Part shown: in pieces, positions 12,605 through 25,449 of the stretch
Layout: each line of letters opens with the position of its first letter
How positions within the stretch are numbered: the first letter of the stretch is position 1
NCBI GenBank assembly: GCA_964016885.1
Contig: OZ024747.1
Location: forward strand, 77,872,001 to 77,936,000
Length of the DNA stretch: 64,000 nucleotides
Source: Eledone cirrhosa
Lineage: Eukaryota
Direction: 5' to 3'
Notes under the pieces: model-generated
What the model was told of the DNA's origin: nothing
Databases searched by the model: none
Seen by the model: the letters and a program-made list of their open reading frames with translations, nothing else
Position numbers and translations under genes: made by a program

Positions 12605-14348
12605 TATAGAGGTATAAACTATAGAGGTATAAAGCTGATGGACCAGGTCATGAAAGTAACAGAAAGAGTTATAGCACAGTTGATTAGGGACCGGGTGAAA
12701 CTAGATGAGATGCAATTTGGGTTTGTACCAAGAAGAGGCACCACTGATTCCCTCTTCCTTGTGAGGCAGTTACAGGAAAAGTACCTAGCTAAAAGTAAGC
12801 CACTCTACCTGGTATTCGTCGATCTCGAGAAAGCCTTTGACAGAGTTCCACGTGCTGTAATCTGGTGGGCTCTTAGAAAACTAGGAGTAGATGAATGGCT
12901 TGTGAAAGCTGTACAAGCTATGTATAGGGGAGCAGTCAGCAAAGTTAGGATTAGCAATGAGTATAGCGAGGAATTTAGCATACAGGTTGGTGTTCACCAG
13001 GGCTCTGTTCTTAGCCCTCTCCTGTTCATCATAGTCCTGCAGGCAATAATGGTGGAGTTTAAGACCGGATGCCCATGGGAACTCCTGTATGCTGATGACC
13101 TCGCACTTATAGCTGAATCTATGGTAGAACTAGAGAATAAATTCCAAACTTGGAAGCAGGGACTAGAAAGAAAGGGTCTCAAAGTCAACATGACAAAGAC
13201 TAAGGTCCTTGTAAGTAGATGAGAAAACAGAACCCAGATCCCCTCAGGGAAATGGCCTTGCTCAGTATGTAGGAAAGGTGTAGGTAGGAACTCCATTCTC
13301 TGCCCCAAATGCAAACAATGGGTACACAAGAGATGTAGTGGGATCTCAGGTTGCTTAATTAAGAATGTAGGCTTCACATGCAGCAGCTGTACTGGGACAG
13401 CAAGCAGCAAACAGCCACAGGAAACAAGTACCACCAATCTCTGGGAGGGCTCTGTAGAAACAGTAAACAGCTTCTGCTACCTAGGTGACCGAATTAGCAG
13501 CAGAGGTGGGTGTTCAGAAAGTACAATAACTAGGGTAAGAATGGGATGGAAGAAGTTCAGGGAACTACTGCCACTGCTAGCTGCAAAAGGCTTCTCCCTC
13601 AAAATGAAAGGCAGACTGTATGATGCGTGTATCCGAACAGCAATCTTACATGGTAGTGAGACCTGGGCACTGAAGGTGGAAGACTTACGTAGATTAGAGA
13701 GAAACGAAGCCTGCATGCTCCGATTGATGTGTAACAGTAATATACGTGAACGACAAAGCATAAATGAATTGAGAGAGAGACTGAGCATAAGAGGAATCAA
13801 ATACTGTGTACAGGAGAGGCGGTTGCGTTGGTATGGACATGTGATGCGTATGAAGGATGACAGCTGCATAAAAAGGTGCAGAGCACTAGAAGTCGATGGA
13901 AACCGCGGAGTGGGGAGACCCAAGATGACCTGGGATGAGGTGATAAAAGCCGACCTTACCCTATTACACCTCTCCAAGGCGATGACACACGACCGTGACC
14001 TCTGGCGTCACGCAGTAATACAGAGTACCTGACCTCCCATGGGTACAAGCTGAAGCATATAGACAATATGCCCCCACACCCTCCCACTGCAAGGTGGTCG
14101 TGGAGGTGCCACGGCAAAAAAGCACCCAGCCCACACTGTAAAGTGGACGTGTAGGCGCCACGAAAAAGCACCCAGCACTCACTGTAAATGAGGTTGGTGT
14201 TAGGAAGGGCATCCAGCTGTAGAAATCAAGCCAAATCAGTTCCTGTATGAGCAAGGCATGGTCAACCGACCAGACACTGCCCACAACAGGACAACCCGTC
14301 TAACCCATGCTAGCGTGGAAGAACGGACGTAAAACGGTGATGATGATG
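12605..14348 (+). mobile_element. 5'-truncated RTE LINE family A
   Basis: RT motifs QFGF, FVDLEKAFD, GVHQGSVLSP, LLYADD, LHGSETW and RLRWYGHV; nonsense codon at 13220; (GAT)n tail. Confidence 0.95.
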
Positions 14349-14824
14349 GGTGGCTCATTAGACACAGGTTGCCCATGGGTCAATCATGGGTGGCTCATTA
14401 GACACATGTTTCACATAGCTCACTGATTATTCTGTACTACACTGCAACAGATTGCTAGCTCGGGGACCCAGAATACTAAAAGTCTTCACTGCTTTAGGTT
14501 CAATGACTGACCGATCCAAAAACTGATGATACTTCAACAGCTTGTAATCTTTAGCTTGTCAGGCATTAAAACCTGGGTCTGTTGCTGAATTTATCACATG
14601 GTTGCTGGTTGAAGTGTTACTGTATGTTGTGACCCAGAAAAAAAGGTTTACCACTGTGAAACAGGAAGATTGTGATGTCATCTGGCTGTTTTGTTTTATA
14701 TGTTGAACATCAGAGATATTACATGAAGACTTTACTTTGTTACATTGCTTTTGTTGGTTGTGTTTTGTTTTATGTATTTTTGTATAATCTTGCTTGTAAC
14801 TATGTATATTATGGAATTTTCTAG

Positions 14825-14936
14825 GCCTGGATGTCATTATCCTCAGCAGACAAACGTATGAAGGAGAACCCAAACTTATATCAAGAACTTCAATCACAGA
14901 CCTTGGACCAGAAAGTTGAAGAAAGCATCAAACTAG
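14825..14936 (+). CDS. GRTP1: GRTP1-like coding exon (AWMSLSSADKRMKENPNLY...EESIKL)
   Basis: ttctag acceptor, gttgga donor, phase 0 to 1. Confidence 0.9.
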
Positions 14937-15975
14937 GTTGGAATGACTTGTGTGTTATACTAACTTGTTTTAATATTATCAATTTATATAGGCTTTGACT
15001 TTTACATCTACCTACCTCCTTCACTCGTGAAAACAGTCCTTAGATACTTGAACTTATCCACCTGCTTCAGTGGAACTCCACTCACATGCAGAATGCACTA
15101 TGCAGGTTTTCTTGAGAGATTGAATATCTCAGTCTTTGCAACACTGATTTTCATTCCAACCATTGCAGTACTCACAGAAAACCTAGCAAGTGAATGTCAG
15201 GAGATCACCTTCTGATGAATTAATGATATAAATTATGATAATGAAAATTAATGGTATAAATTGGTTACTCTCTGTTGGTTACTCTCTGTTATATTTACAA
15301 AGGAATTTTGAAAAGTTTTCATCATCATCATCATCAACATCAACATTTAATCTTCATTTTCCCTGCTAGCAAAGTTTAAATGGGTTTCTACAGATCAAGC
15401 CAGCACTTAATCGGAGACACTGAATTCTCAGGAAGGAGGTCTGCTTCTCCCTTATATATATTCCCACATTCTACAAAGTACATCGAGTGCATTTCATCAT
15501 GGAACCAGCACTACGAGGTTGTTATGTCTTTAATACAACTGCAGAGTCATTCTTTTGTTTGGTAGGTTTTCTACAGCTGGATACCCTTCCTATCACCAAT
15601 CACTTTACACAGTGTACTGTGTGTGTTTATCATGTAGATCACCAACACAGTGTATTTCATGATAAATATGGTAATGGAAGGGTTAAACTTTAACATGTTT
15701 TATTTTATATAAATCAAACTTCCTCACAAAATGTGTGTCAATATTTTAGCAAGGATTTAGCAGAAAATATCTATCAAAAAACAAGTTTGTTAAATCAAAT
15801 GTTTATAATATCTTTACTAGTGGACAGATCATTATGAAAGTTTGTAGTATTAGACTAAAGACTTCAATGTTTAATGTGATACAGTCATAGTGATATTTTG
15901 TATTTTTCAAGAATGTCTTGTTAATGCGGTTTCATGTGGTACAGGATGTTAAGAGTTAAAATTCTTTCTTTGTAG

Positions 15976-16106
15976 ATCTTCATCGAACATTTCCAGAGAA
16001 TATTTATTTCAGTGAAACAAATGACACAGACAACAGCTTGCAGCTTCCACTTTACAATGTTCTTAAAGCCTTAGCAATAAAGAATAAAAAAATAGCATAC
16101 TGCCAG
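15976..16106 (+). CDS. GRTP1: GRTP1-like coding exon (DLHRTFPEN...IAYCQ), Arg and Gln fingers
   Basis: tgtag acceptor, gtaaag donor; DxxRTFP and YCQ TBC catalytic motifs. Confidence 0.95.
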
Positions 16107-16142
16107 GTAAAGATCTTAGTTTTCAGATTTTTAACACCAGCA

Positions 16143-16320
16143 ATAATTGTTTCTACTTTTGGCACAAGGACAGTAAATATCTCAGTGTATTACTGGTACT
16201 TTATTTTATCGACCCCATAAGGATGAAAGGCAAAGTTAACCTCGGTGGGATTTGGACTCAGATCATAAAGGGCCGTAACTCTATGCTGCAAAGCATGGTC
16301 GTCCGACACTCTACACCAGC
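16143..16320 (-). mobile_element. tRNA-derived SINE copy
   Basis: Same consensus as the 3018-3816 copies. Confidence 0.8.
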
Positions 16321-16649
16321 CCCAATCTGCTTGTTAATCAAGCAAAACCAGAAATTTATCTGAAACCTCGCCTTGTTCTTAATGTGTACATTCTGTTATA
16401 CCATAGAGTGCTAATATTGGTACCTCCCTCAGTAAATCACCTAACACACACATATATATATATCTGTGTGATGTTGTTAGATGTGAGAATGTGTACTCAA
16501 TACTGAAGTAGAGTTTAGATATTCTTTATTATGGGTAAATGATAAGTCTTGTTACTCCGGAGTTTCACCTGTGAGAACACAGGTAAAATTCCAGAGTAAC
16601 AAGACTCCTCCCTTAACCATATTAAAGAATATTATCTCACTTTCTCTAA

Positions 16650-19235
16650 TCATCATCATCATCATCATCATTTTACGTCCGCTCTTCCCTGCTCGCAAGG
16701 GTGGGACGGGTCTTATTCAGCACGGCATCTCTCCACTCGTCACGGTCCTTCGTCATCTCCACCGTGAGCTTCAACGATCTGAGGTCTGTTCTCACCACCT
16801 CCGCCCATGTTTTCGTGGTCTACCTCTACCACGTCTTCCTTCAACTGGCATTTCCTGGCACTTCTTCACCCATCGGTCATCCTCCATGCGCATCACATGT
16901 CCATACCACCTCAGTCTTCTCTCCCGTACACTACATTCTATCCCTCTCAGACACAGTTTCTCTCTCAACACATTCATGCTGGGTCGTTCACGCACATTTA
17001 CACTGCACATCCAACGGAGCATGCTTGCCTCATTTCTCTCCAGCTGTCGCATATCCTCTGCAGTTGCTGCCCATGTCTCACTACCATGCAGCATCGCGCT
17101 CCTCACACAGGCATCATACAACCGGCCTTTTGTACGCAGGGAGAAACCCTTCTTCGTCAGCAGAAGAAGCAGCTCCCTAAACTTTTTCCAACCTGTCCTT
17201 ATTCTAGATACTATGGCCTCGGAACACCCTCCTCCCATGCTAATCTGATCTCCTAGGTACCGGAAGCTATCCACCACTTCTATAGCACTCTCCTGCATTT
17301 GAAAAATGTGTCTATCAATGCGACTTCTACTGTCTAATTTCCCTGTACATCTACTGCATACATATTTCTCCCTACCTGTTAGTTTGCCTGCTATCCTGCT
17401 ACATCTCTTGTGTACCCAGGATCTGCATTGTGTGCATTTTATAGAATTTATGCCAGTTCCTTTTCTGCATATTGAACATGGCCATTTCCCTGATGGAATC
17501 AGAGTTTTGTCCTCTTTTCTACTCATCAACACTTTTGTCTTAGCTAGGTTCACTCTCAGTCCTCTTGCTTCCAATTGCTGTTTCCATAGCCAGAATTTAT
17601 TCTCTTGCTCCTCTACTGATTCTGCTATAAGAACCAGATCGTCAGCATATAGAAGTTCCCATGGACAGCCAGTCTTAAACACCTCTGTTATGGCTTGGAG
17701 GACTATAATGAACAAGAGCGGGCTGAGGACTGAACCTTGATGTACTCCTACTTGTATCTGGAATTCCTCACTAAACTCCATTCCTACCCTGACTTTACTG
17801 AGTACCTTTGTACAAAGTTTGCACTGTCCTCACAAGCCATTCCTCAACACCTAGTTTCCTTAGGGACCACCAGATGACAGATCGGGGTACCCTATCAAAG
17901 GCCTTCTCTAGGTCAACAAAGGCTAAGTATAGTGGCTTATTTTTCTCTAAGAACCTTTCTTGCAATTGTCTCACCAAGAAGAGGGCATCTGTTGTACTCT
18001 TCCCAGGCACAAAACCAAACTGCATCTCATCTAGTTTCACCCTTTCTCTAATTAGTTGTGCTAATATCCTTTCTGCCACTTTCCTAACCTGATCCATCAG
18101 TTTTATACCCCTATAATTGCTCCTCTCCAAAGCATCCCCTTTACCTTTGTAGCAATTTATGAGAATACTGCTGCACCAGTCTTTGGGTATGACTCCACCA
18201 TATATAGCCCGATTGATGATGTGTGCAACCAGTTTAGTGCCTACGTCCCCTGATGCCTTCAGCATCTCAGCAACTATTCCCGATGGTCCAGCAGCCTTAC
18301 CATTTTTCATTTCTTTAATTGCCTCTTGGACCCTATATTCGTCAATCTCAATAGCTGGTCCCTCTGTCGGATCTACTAAGGGTAATTTCTCTCTCTCCCA
18401 TTCGTTCTCCACATTCATCAGTCTCTCATAATGACATTTCCAGGCCTCCTTTTTCTGATCATTCGTGACACTAAGTACACTGGCATCATTCCGGACACAT
18501 TTATCTCAAACAGCATCCTGATTTGCATTGCAATGTGGAACACCGCACGCCTCTGATCTTCCCGTCACAGAACATTGGCAAACCTCCTACTCTCAGCCTC
18601 CCTGCGTGCTAAGTACACCTGACATCTAGCTTCTCTTTTAGCGGCTGTATATTCTTCCATACTCCCACCCTTTTTCCAAGCCTTCCATGCTAGTCTTTTG
18701 TCTCTAATGGCATTATCTACTGTGCTGTTCCACCACCAGGTCACTCTCTGTCTGGTTGGAGCTCTGCTCCAGCCACAAGTTTCATCAGTAGCCTGCAGCA
18801 AGTTGTCACGTAAGAAATTCCAGTTATTATCTATGTCATACGTCTCTAAATCGTCTTCTTTTTCATCATATACATCTTGAAGGGCTTTCCTAAATTTGTA
18901 TTTTAGTGAAAGGTCTTTTAGCTTCCAGACCTTTCTTTTCCACACCTTCCTGTATGTCTCATTCCATCTCTTGCTTACTGAGATATCACTAACGACTAAC
19001 CTATGCTGTGGGGTACATTCTTCCCCAGGGTATGCCTTGGTATTAGACACTATCTGCCTGTCCCGCTGCCTAACTAGTAAGAAGTCAATCTGGCTTATGT
19101 GCTCGCCAGATTTGTAGGTTATTAGGTCATTGGCAGGTTTCTGGAAGTTTGTGTTGCAAATAGTCAGTGTACTTGCATCACAAATTCAAGAAGTCTCACT
19201 CCTTCTTCATTTCTTGAGCCGTAACCGTGCCCACT
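16650..19235 (-). mobile_element. 5'-truncated RTE LINE family B (end of APE domain plus RT)
   Basis: ORFs 18565-19050, 17795-18418 and 16792-17781 are frameshifted pieces of one RTE ORF; (GAT)n tail. Confidence 0.95.
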
Positions 19236-19244
19236 ATATATATA

Positions 19245-20040
19245 TCATCATCATCATCATCATCACCGTTTTACGTCCGTTCTTCCACGCTAGCATGGGT
19301 TAGACGGGTTGTCCTGTTGTGGGCAGTGTCTGGTCGGCTGACCATGCCTTGCTCATACAGGAACTGATCTGGCTTGATTTCTACAGCTGGATGCCCTTCC
19401 TAACACCAACCTCATTTACAGTGAGTGCTGGGTGCTTTTTTGCCGTGGCACCTCCACGACCACCTTGCGGTGGGGGGGGGGGGGCATATTGTTTATATGC
19501 TTCAGCATGTACCCATGGGAGGTCGGGTACCCTGTATTACTGCGTGACGCCAGAAGTCACGGTCGTGTGTCATTGACTTTGAGAGGTGTAGTTGGGTAAG
19601 GTCGGCTTTTATCACCTCATCCCAAGTCATCTTGGGTCTCCCCACTCCGCGGTTTCCATCAACTTCTAGTGCTCTGCACCTTTTTATGCAGCTGTCATCC
19701 TTCATACGCATCACATGTCCATACCAGCGTAACCGCCTCTCCTGCACGCAGCATTTGATTCCTCTTATGCTCAGTCTCTCTCTCAATTCCTTTATACTTT
19801 GTCGTTCACGTATATTACTGTTACACATCCATCGGAGCATGCAGGCTTCGTTTCTCTCTAATCTACGTAAGTCTTCCACCTTCAGCGCCCAGGTCTCACT
19901 ACCATGCAACATCGCTGTTCGGATACACGCATCATACAGTCTGCCTTTCATTCTGAGGGAGAAGCCTTTTGCAGCTAGCAGTGGTAGTAGTTCCCTAAAC
20001 TTCTTCCATCCCGTTCTTACCCTAGTTATTGTACTTTCTG
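19245..20040 (-). mobile_element. RTE family A 3' fragment, inverted relative to 13515-14348
   Basis: ORF 19502-19951 almost identical to 13541-14032; same 3' UTR and tail. Confidence 0.95.
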
Positions 20041-20076
20041 AGTACTTTCTGTACTTTCTGTACTTTCTATATATAT

Positions 20077-20258
20077 GTTTATCCCGGGTTCAATCGGAGG
20101 TAACCAAAGCAGAGTATAAGTATTTAATATAGAAAAGCTTCAACAGGACTAGAACTGTTTCATTCAGGAGAAATCATCAGGAAGCTCTTCCTGATGCTTC
20201 CTGATGATTTCTCCTGAATGAAACAGTTCTAGTCCTGTAGAAGCTTTTCTATATTAAA

Positions 20259-20260
<2 letters not shown>
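20077..20260. mobile_element. Palindromic Penelope-like element remnant in (TA)n
   Basis: 65-bp inverted arms 20121-20185 and 20196-20260 containing hammerhead cores; related copy at 32765-32950. Confidence 0.7.
20196..20244 (+). ncRNA. Minimal type I hammerhead ribozyme motif
   Basis: GCUUC-CUGAUGA-uuucuccugaau-GAAA-CAG uucuaguc CUG-UA-GAAGC; stems I and III pair; GUA triplet at 20237-20239; stem II weak. Confidence 0.72.
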
Positions 20261-20316
<56 letters not shown>

Positions 20317-21909
20317 TGATTTCTTCATGTTTTTCCATGCTGGAATGGTTTGAATGAGTCTTACGGCTTGGCCTTTGTCATCTCCTCTGTGTTTTCTGAG
20401 ATCTGAGATCAGCCTTCACCACTTCATCCCATGTCTTTTTTGGTCTTCCTCTTTTACAGGTTCCTTCCCCTTGGATTACTAGACCCTTCTTTACCAAACT
20501 GTCATCTTCTGTATGCATCACCTGTAGTTTCTTCACTTACATATTATATCAGATTCCTTAAATGTTATCTTAGCTCATTTATGCTCCACCATTCAATGAC
20601 ACAACATTACACATCCAACAGTGTGTACTCGCTTTATTTCTTCCTCCATTCTTGTACATTTCCAATGTCCATGTTACTTTACCATACAATATCTTATAGC
20701 TTATTCATGATAATTTATAATAAAGTAGAGCGTGAAACGTTTAATGAGATAAGGATTTATTTACCATAACCAGTATTTAATCATGACCAACAAACAGCTT
20801 CAAAATATACTGAATTCTCTAGAGCTAGGAAATTAACTGACATTTTTGTGAGGCTAGTTAATAGCAATAAGCCAAGGAAACAGAGAAAAACCAGGAACTA
20901 TTAATGATATAAATTTCAATAAGAAAAATTAATGGTATAAGTTATGATAATGATGGTCTAATAATTCAAATGATACAATGATGAGAAATATGTCAGAGTA
21001 ATCATTATGACTCTGTTGGCAACAATTCTGGAATTTCCATGGGACAAGCTACTAAATATAATAACTAAATAAGAATTAAAGAGATAATTATTTTAAATAT
21101 AATAATAATGATTTTTCATTTAGGCACAAGGTCTTGTTGTATGTCTAAGTTGTTTTTTTCACCTTTTAGAGTAGTGAATCCCAAAATGTGACTCGAGGAA
21201 GAACAGGAATGTAAGGAGGAAGGAGAGAGATAGAGTGGGAGGCAAGGGACAAAGAAATACCTATTAGTTGTTGTTTGTAAGACTGTCTGACTGTGTGGTT
21301 AGCGAGTTTACTTTTCAACCACATGATTTTGCATGGTACCTTAGGCTTGTGTCTCCTGCTATAGCCTCAGGTTGACCAATATCTTCTGAGTGGAATTTGG
21401 TAGACAGAAACTGTGTAGAAGTCCATTGTTTGTATGGGTGGGTGTGTAATTGTGTTAATGTTTACTGCTTGTTTATACTCCCGTTACTTAGTTACTTAGC
21501 GGTTTGACAAAACGAGATCAATAAAATAAGTACCAAACATGAAAAATATATGAATTGGGGTGAATATAAATAATAATGAAATTATTGTGTACAGTGCTCA
21601 GGTGCACTACAACTCATCAAAGGTGCATGTATAGTACATAGAATAATATACAAATGTCAGGGAAGTGAATAGTCATGATATACATGTGTGTGTGTGTATG
21701 GAGGGGGAATATTAGGTGTAGTGTTGGCGAATCAATAATATATGAAATATCAATAATATATAAAATAATCTAATGACTAAGATCAGTCAATGACCATAAT
21801 CTAATGACTAAGATCAGTCAAAGAGTAATACATTAACCCTTCTATCAAGTATTTAAAACCCTTTTAATGCCAAGCTTCATGAAACTGTCCCTGTTTAAAA
21901 GGTCATATC

Positions 21910-22298
21910 TTAACCCTTTAGCATTTACATTGCACTATATATACTATTATATTTACTATTGGATTTTCACAGTAAACACTTTACCTCACATAATTACCTC
22001 ACATAATATCGAATCTGAGATTTTTATATTATTTATTTTGAGAACAATACCTTAACATCAGTATAAATGGCCAGTTACATCTGGTTTGAACAGAAAGAGG
22101 TGAGAGAATTCTGGCCAGATTTGGCCAGTTTAAATGCTAAAGAGTTAACCCTTTAGCATTTACATTACTCTATATATACTATTATATTTTCACAGTAATA
22201 TCGAATCTAGGAGATTTTGGTATTATTTATTTTGAGAGCAACACCTTAACATCAGTATGAGTGGCCAGTTACAGCCGGTTTGAATGCTAAAGGGTTAA
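21910..22298. mobile_element. Two tandem piggyBac-like MITE A copies sharing the TTAA at 22145-22148
   Basis: Same TIRs as 1908-2134. Confidence 0.85.
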
Positions 22299-22324
22299 AG
22301 TCATTTGCTTTTCATTTCAAACAG

Positions 22325-22421
22325 GGTATGAATTTTGTGGCTGGTTTGTTGCTTATAACTGTGAAAAATGAAGAAAAAATCTTCTGGTTAATGGATACTT
22401 TAATGACAGAGATTTTACCAG
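22325..22421 (+). CDS. GRTP1: GRTP1-like coding exon (GMNFVAGLLL...EILP)
   Basis: acag acceptor, gttagt donor; GMNF and FWL motifs. Confidence 0.95.
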
Positions 22422-22812
22422 GTTAGTTTATATTCCTCATGTTTATTTAAGAATAAAACATGCTACCAATAATTTTGTTTATTTAATTCAGAAATTGGTA
22501 CTGTTGTCACCTCTTACTGCCACTCTCTCTCTCATACTATTGATACTGCCACTCTTTCTTATACTATTACCACCTCTTACTTCCATTCACCTACCTCTGC
22601 CCTTCTCTCCTTTGTCTTTACTTGCTTGCTTTCTATTTCTCCTTTCTACCTCTCTCATTCTCTCTATCTCCCTCATTCTCTTTATCTCAGTCTATCTCTC
22701 TCATTCAGTCTATCTCTCTTTTCTATCTCTCTTCTTTCTATATTGACTGAATATGTTTTGTTTTTATTTTTATCTTTATTTGAAACGATTCTATCCTCCT
22801 CTTTTGTTGTAG

Positions 22813-22876
22813 ATTTTTACAACCCCGACATGAAAGCACTCAAAGCTGAACAGGAGTTGCTAGGACAAATTGTCAG
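22813..22876 (+). CDS. GRTP1: GRTP1-like coding exon (DFYNPDMKALKAEQELLGQIV)
   Basis: tgtag acceptor, gtttgt donor, phase 1 to 2. Confidence 0.92.
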
Positions 22877-22947
22877 GTTTGTCTCTTTAAATGTTCTTAT
22901 CTTTATTAGTTACATAAAACATACTACATGCCAAAGGGGTTAGTTAC

Positions 22948-23338
22948 TTAACCCTTTAGTTACCAACCTTGCCAAAACCAGTTCTGGTTCTATGAAATAA
23001 AACCACCTGTTTTAAAGGTTTCCAATTTAAATTAAAATCTTCCAACATAATTTGATATAATTAAGTTACTATTTTGCGGTGGATTGGCAGTATCGGTAGA
23101 GAGTCGGAGCCATGCTTTCCAGCATAGAGTTACGTCCCTTTACGGACAGTTCAAATCCCGCCAAGGTTAACTTTGCTTTTCATCCTTACGGGGTTGATAC
23201 AATAAAGTACCAGTAATGTACTAGGGTAATTGTTGGCCTTGTGTCAAAAGTAGAAACAATTAAGTTATTATCTTAGTAATGAAATAATTAATTTTTGTAA
23301 ATCCTTCAAAATTTTTCATTAGTCATGAAAAGGGTAAA
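22948..23338. mobile_element. TTAA-CCC MITE family B interrupted by a SINE (23076-23262)
   Basis: Starts ttaaccctttagttaccaacc; SINE flanked by target duplication aattaagtta(c/t)ta at 23059 and 23258; inverted relative at 27876-28113. Confidence 0.78.
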
Positions 23339-23490
23339 ATGTTCTACATGCCAAACACATTTGATGTGTTAATTTCACACACACACACAACCTCATTTAT
23401 TTCAAGGGAAATAACTGTTGACTACCTTAACAAAGGAAATAACTCCCAATTATTAAAAGTAGGACAACGTAAGAATACGCGGTCTCACAT

Positions 23491-23710
23491 CTACCCTTTC
23501 AGTCTTACATCCCCTGTAAAGGTAACAGCTCTATTCTTTCAGTGCTACCTCCTCTGTAAAAGTAACAGCTCTACTCTTTCACAGTCCTACCTTCCCTGGT
23601 AAAGGTAACAGCTCTAGCCTTTCAGTCTTACCTCCCCTGTTAAAGGTAACAGCTCTACCCTGTCACAGTCCTTCTTCCCCTGGTAAAGGTAACACTTCTA
23701 CCCTTTCACA
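23491..23710. repeat. ~40-bp degenerate minisatellite, 5-6 copies
   Basis: Recurring cagtcytacctcccctgtaaaggtaacagctcta. Confidence 0.85.
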
Positions 23711-23908
23711 AAACCCTCAAAGCCATGAACTTTACAGCACCCTTCGTATCTTTGTTGCAACCCTACCATATTTAGGATTTGGACTCTGAATATAGAACAA
23801 TGAAACTAAACACTACAACACATCTAGTTCTACAACAACACAACAAACATTTTAAGGCCATTTTCCCTGCTAAAACAGGGGTTAACCTTGCAGGCCCCCA
23901 TGGCAGGC

Positions 23909-24126
23909 CTAACCCTTTAGCATTTAAACTGGCCATATCCGGCCAGAATTCTCTCACCTCTTTCTGTCAAACCAGCCATTCATACTGATGTTAAGGTATT
24001 GTTCTCAAAATAAATAATATCAAAATCTCATAGATTCGATATTATGTGAGATAATTATGTAAGGTAAAGATGTTAATGTGAAAATATAATAGTAGATATA
24101 GAGTAATGTAAATGCTAAAGGGTTAA
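23909..24126. mobile_element. piggyBac-like MITE A, opposite orientation
   Basis: Reverse complement of the 21910-22148 internal sequence with the same TIRs. Confidence 0.85.
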
Positions 24127-24157
24127 TACTCATCATGAGACCTTTTTATTTTTAAGT

Positions 24158-24350
24158 AATAATTGTTTCTACTTTTGGCACAAGGCCAGCAATTATCCCA
24201 GTGTATTACTGGTACTTTATTTTATTGACCCCGTAAGGATGAAAGGCAAAGTTAATCTCAGCAGGATTTGAACTCAGACTATAAAGGGCCGTAACTCTTT
24301 GCTGTAGAGCATGGCGGCTGACCCTCTACCAATACTGCCAATCCACCACC
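24158..24350 (-). mobile_element. tRNA-derived SINE copy
   Basis: Full consensus match, inverted relative to 23076-23262. Confidence 0.85.
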
Positions 24351-24394
24351 CTTATTATTTCTAAGTAATAATATTGATTCATCATTCATTCTAG

Positions 24395-24503
24395 ATGGAA
24401 ATTACCAGAAGTTCACAGACATCTTGTATCGTTGGGTGTACCTTGGATGCTCATTGGAACTAAATGGTTCATTTGTATGTATGCAGATGTTGTTCCAATC
24501 GAG
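24395..24503 (+). CDS. GRTP1: GRTP1-like coding exon (WKLPEVHRHL...WFICMYADVVPIE)
   Basis: ttctag acceptor, gtgaga donor. Confidence 0.94.
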
Positions 24504-25045
24504 GTGAGAAGTTTTAGAGTTCCCCTCACTCTTGTCTATTTTATGGAAATATGTAAACATTGAAATGTTAGAGTTATATAACCAATCAGTTTAATAACTT
24601 ATTGATGAACATATTGGCTCATATCTTATCAATTATACTGCTACATTCTCCACCCCACCACCAACACTACCACTGCCATCACCACCACTACCACCGCATT
24701 ATCACCACCACTACCACCACTATCACCATCATTACCCCCACTACCATCACCATCACCACTCGCTCTCACCCTCACTCATCCTCACCCTCACTCACCCTCA
24801 CCCTCACTCACCCTCACTCACCTTCACCCTCCCTCACTCTCACTCATCTGCACACTCTCACTCCCTCCATACTTTCTCACTCACCCTCACACTCTCTCTC
24901 ACTCATTATCTCCCCCTCACACTTCCTCCCCACTATCTCACTTGCTCCATATTCTCTCTCTCACTCATCCTCACACTCATCCTCACACTCTCTCTCACTC
25001 ACTCTCACTCTTTTCCTCATTCTCTTTTCTCTTCTCTTTTTACAG

Positions 25046-25231
25046 ACTGTTTTACGTATTTGGGACTCCTTGTTTTATGAAGGTTCTAAGATTCTACTGC
25101 GAGTTGCTTTCACTTTGATCTCAATGAACAAAGACAAAATTCTGGCCTGTAAAGATTTTCCCGAAGCTGTTCACACAATTCAGAGTTCAGTGAAACATCC
25201 TTTGGTGAAACATTGTCATAGTTTCATGGAG
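25046..25231 (+). CDS. GRTP1: GRTP1-like coding exon (TVLRIWDSLFYEGSKILLRVAF...CHSFME)
   Basis: tacag acceptor, gtaagc donor; C-terminal TBC motif. Confidence 0.95.
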
Positions 25232-25449
25232 GTAAGCATCATCATCATCATCATCATCATTTCTTTTCTTTTTCTAGCTCTCATTCTATATTTCAATGAA
25301 GGACTAACGTCAGAAACTTTGACACTTTTCCTACTATATTTAACTAATATATATCTATATTTAACTAATATATATCATCATTGTACTGTATTCTTTTCCC
25401 ATGTGGTTTTTCCTTGTTGACTTTTCTCATATATTTCTACATATATATT

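Noticed and set aside
16571-17740. + strand ORFs over the RTE copies
   Set aside because: Antisense shadows of the minus-strand RTE ORF.
24602-25420. 272-aa ORF as a standalone gene
   Set aside because: Only 25046-25231 is exon; the rest is low-complexity intron read-through.
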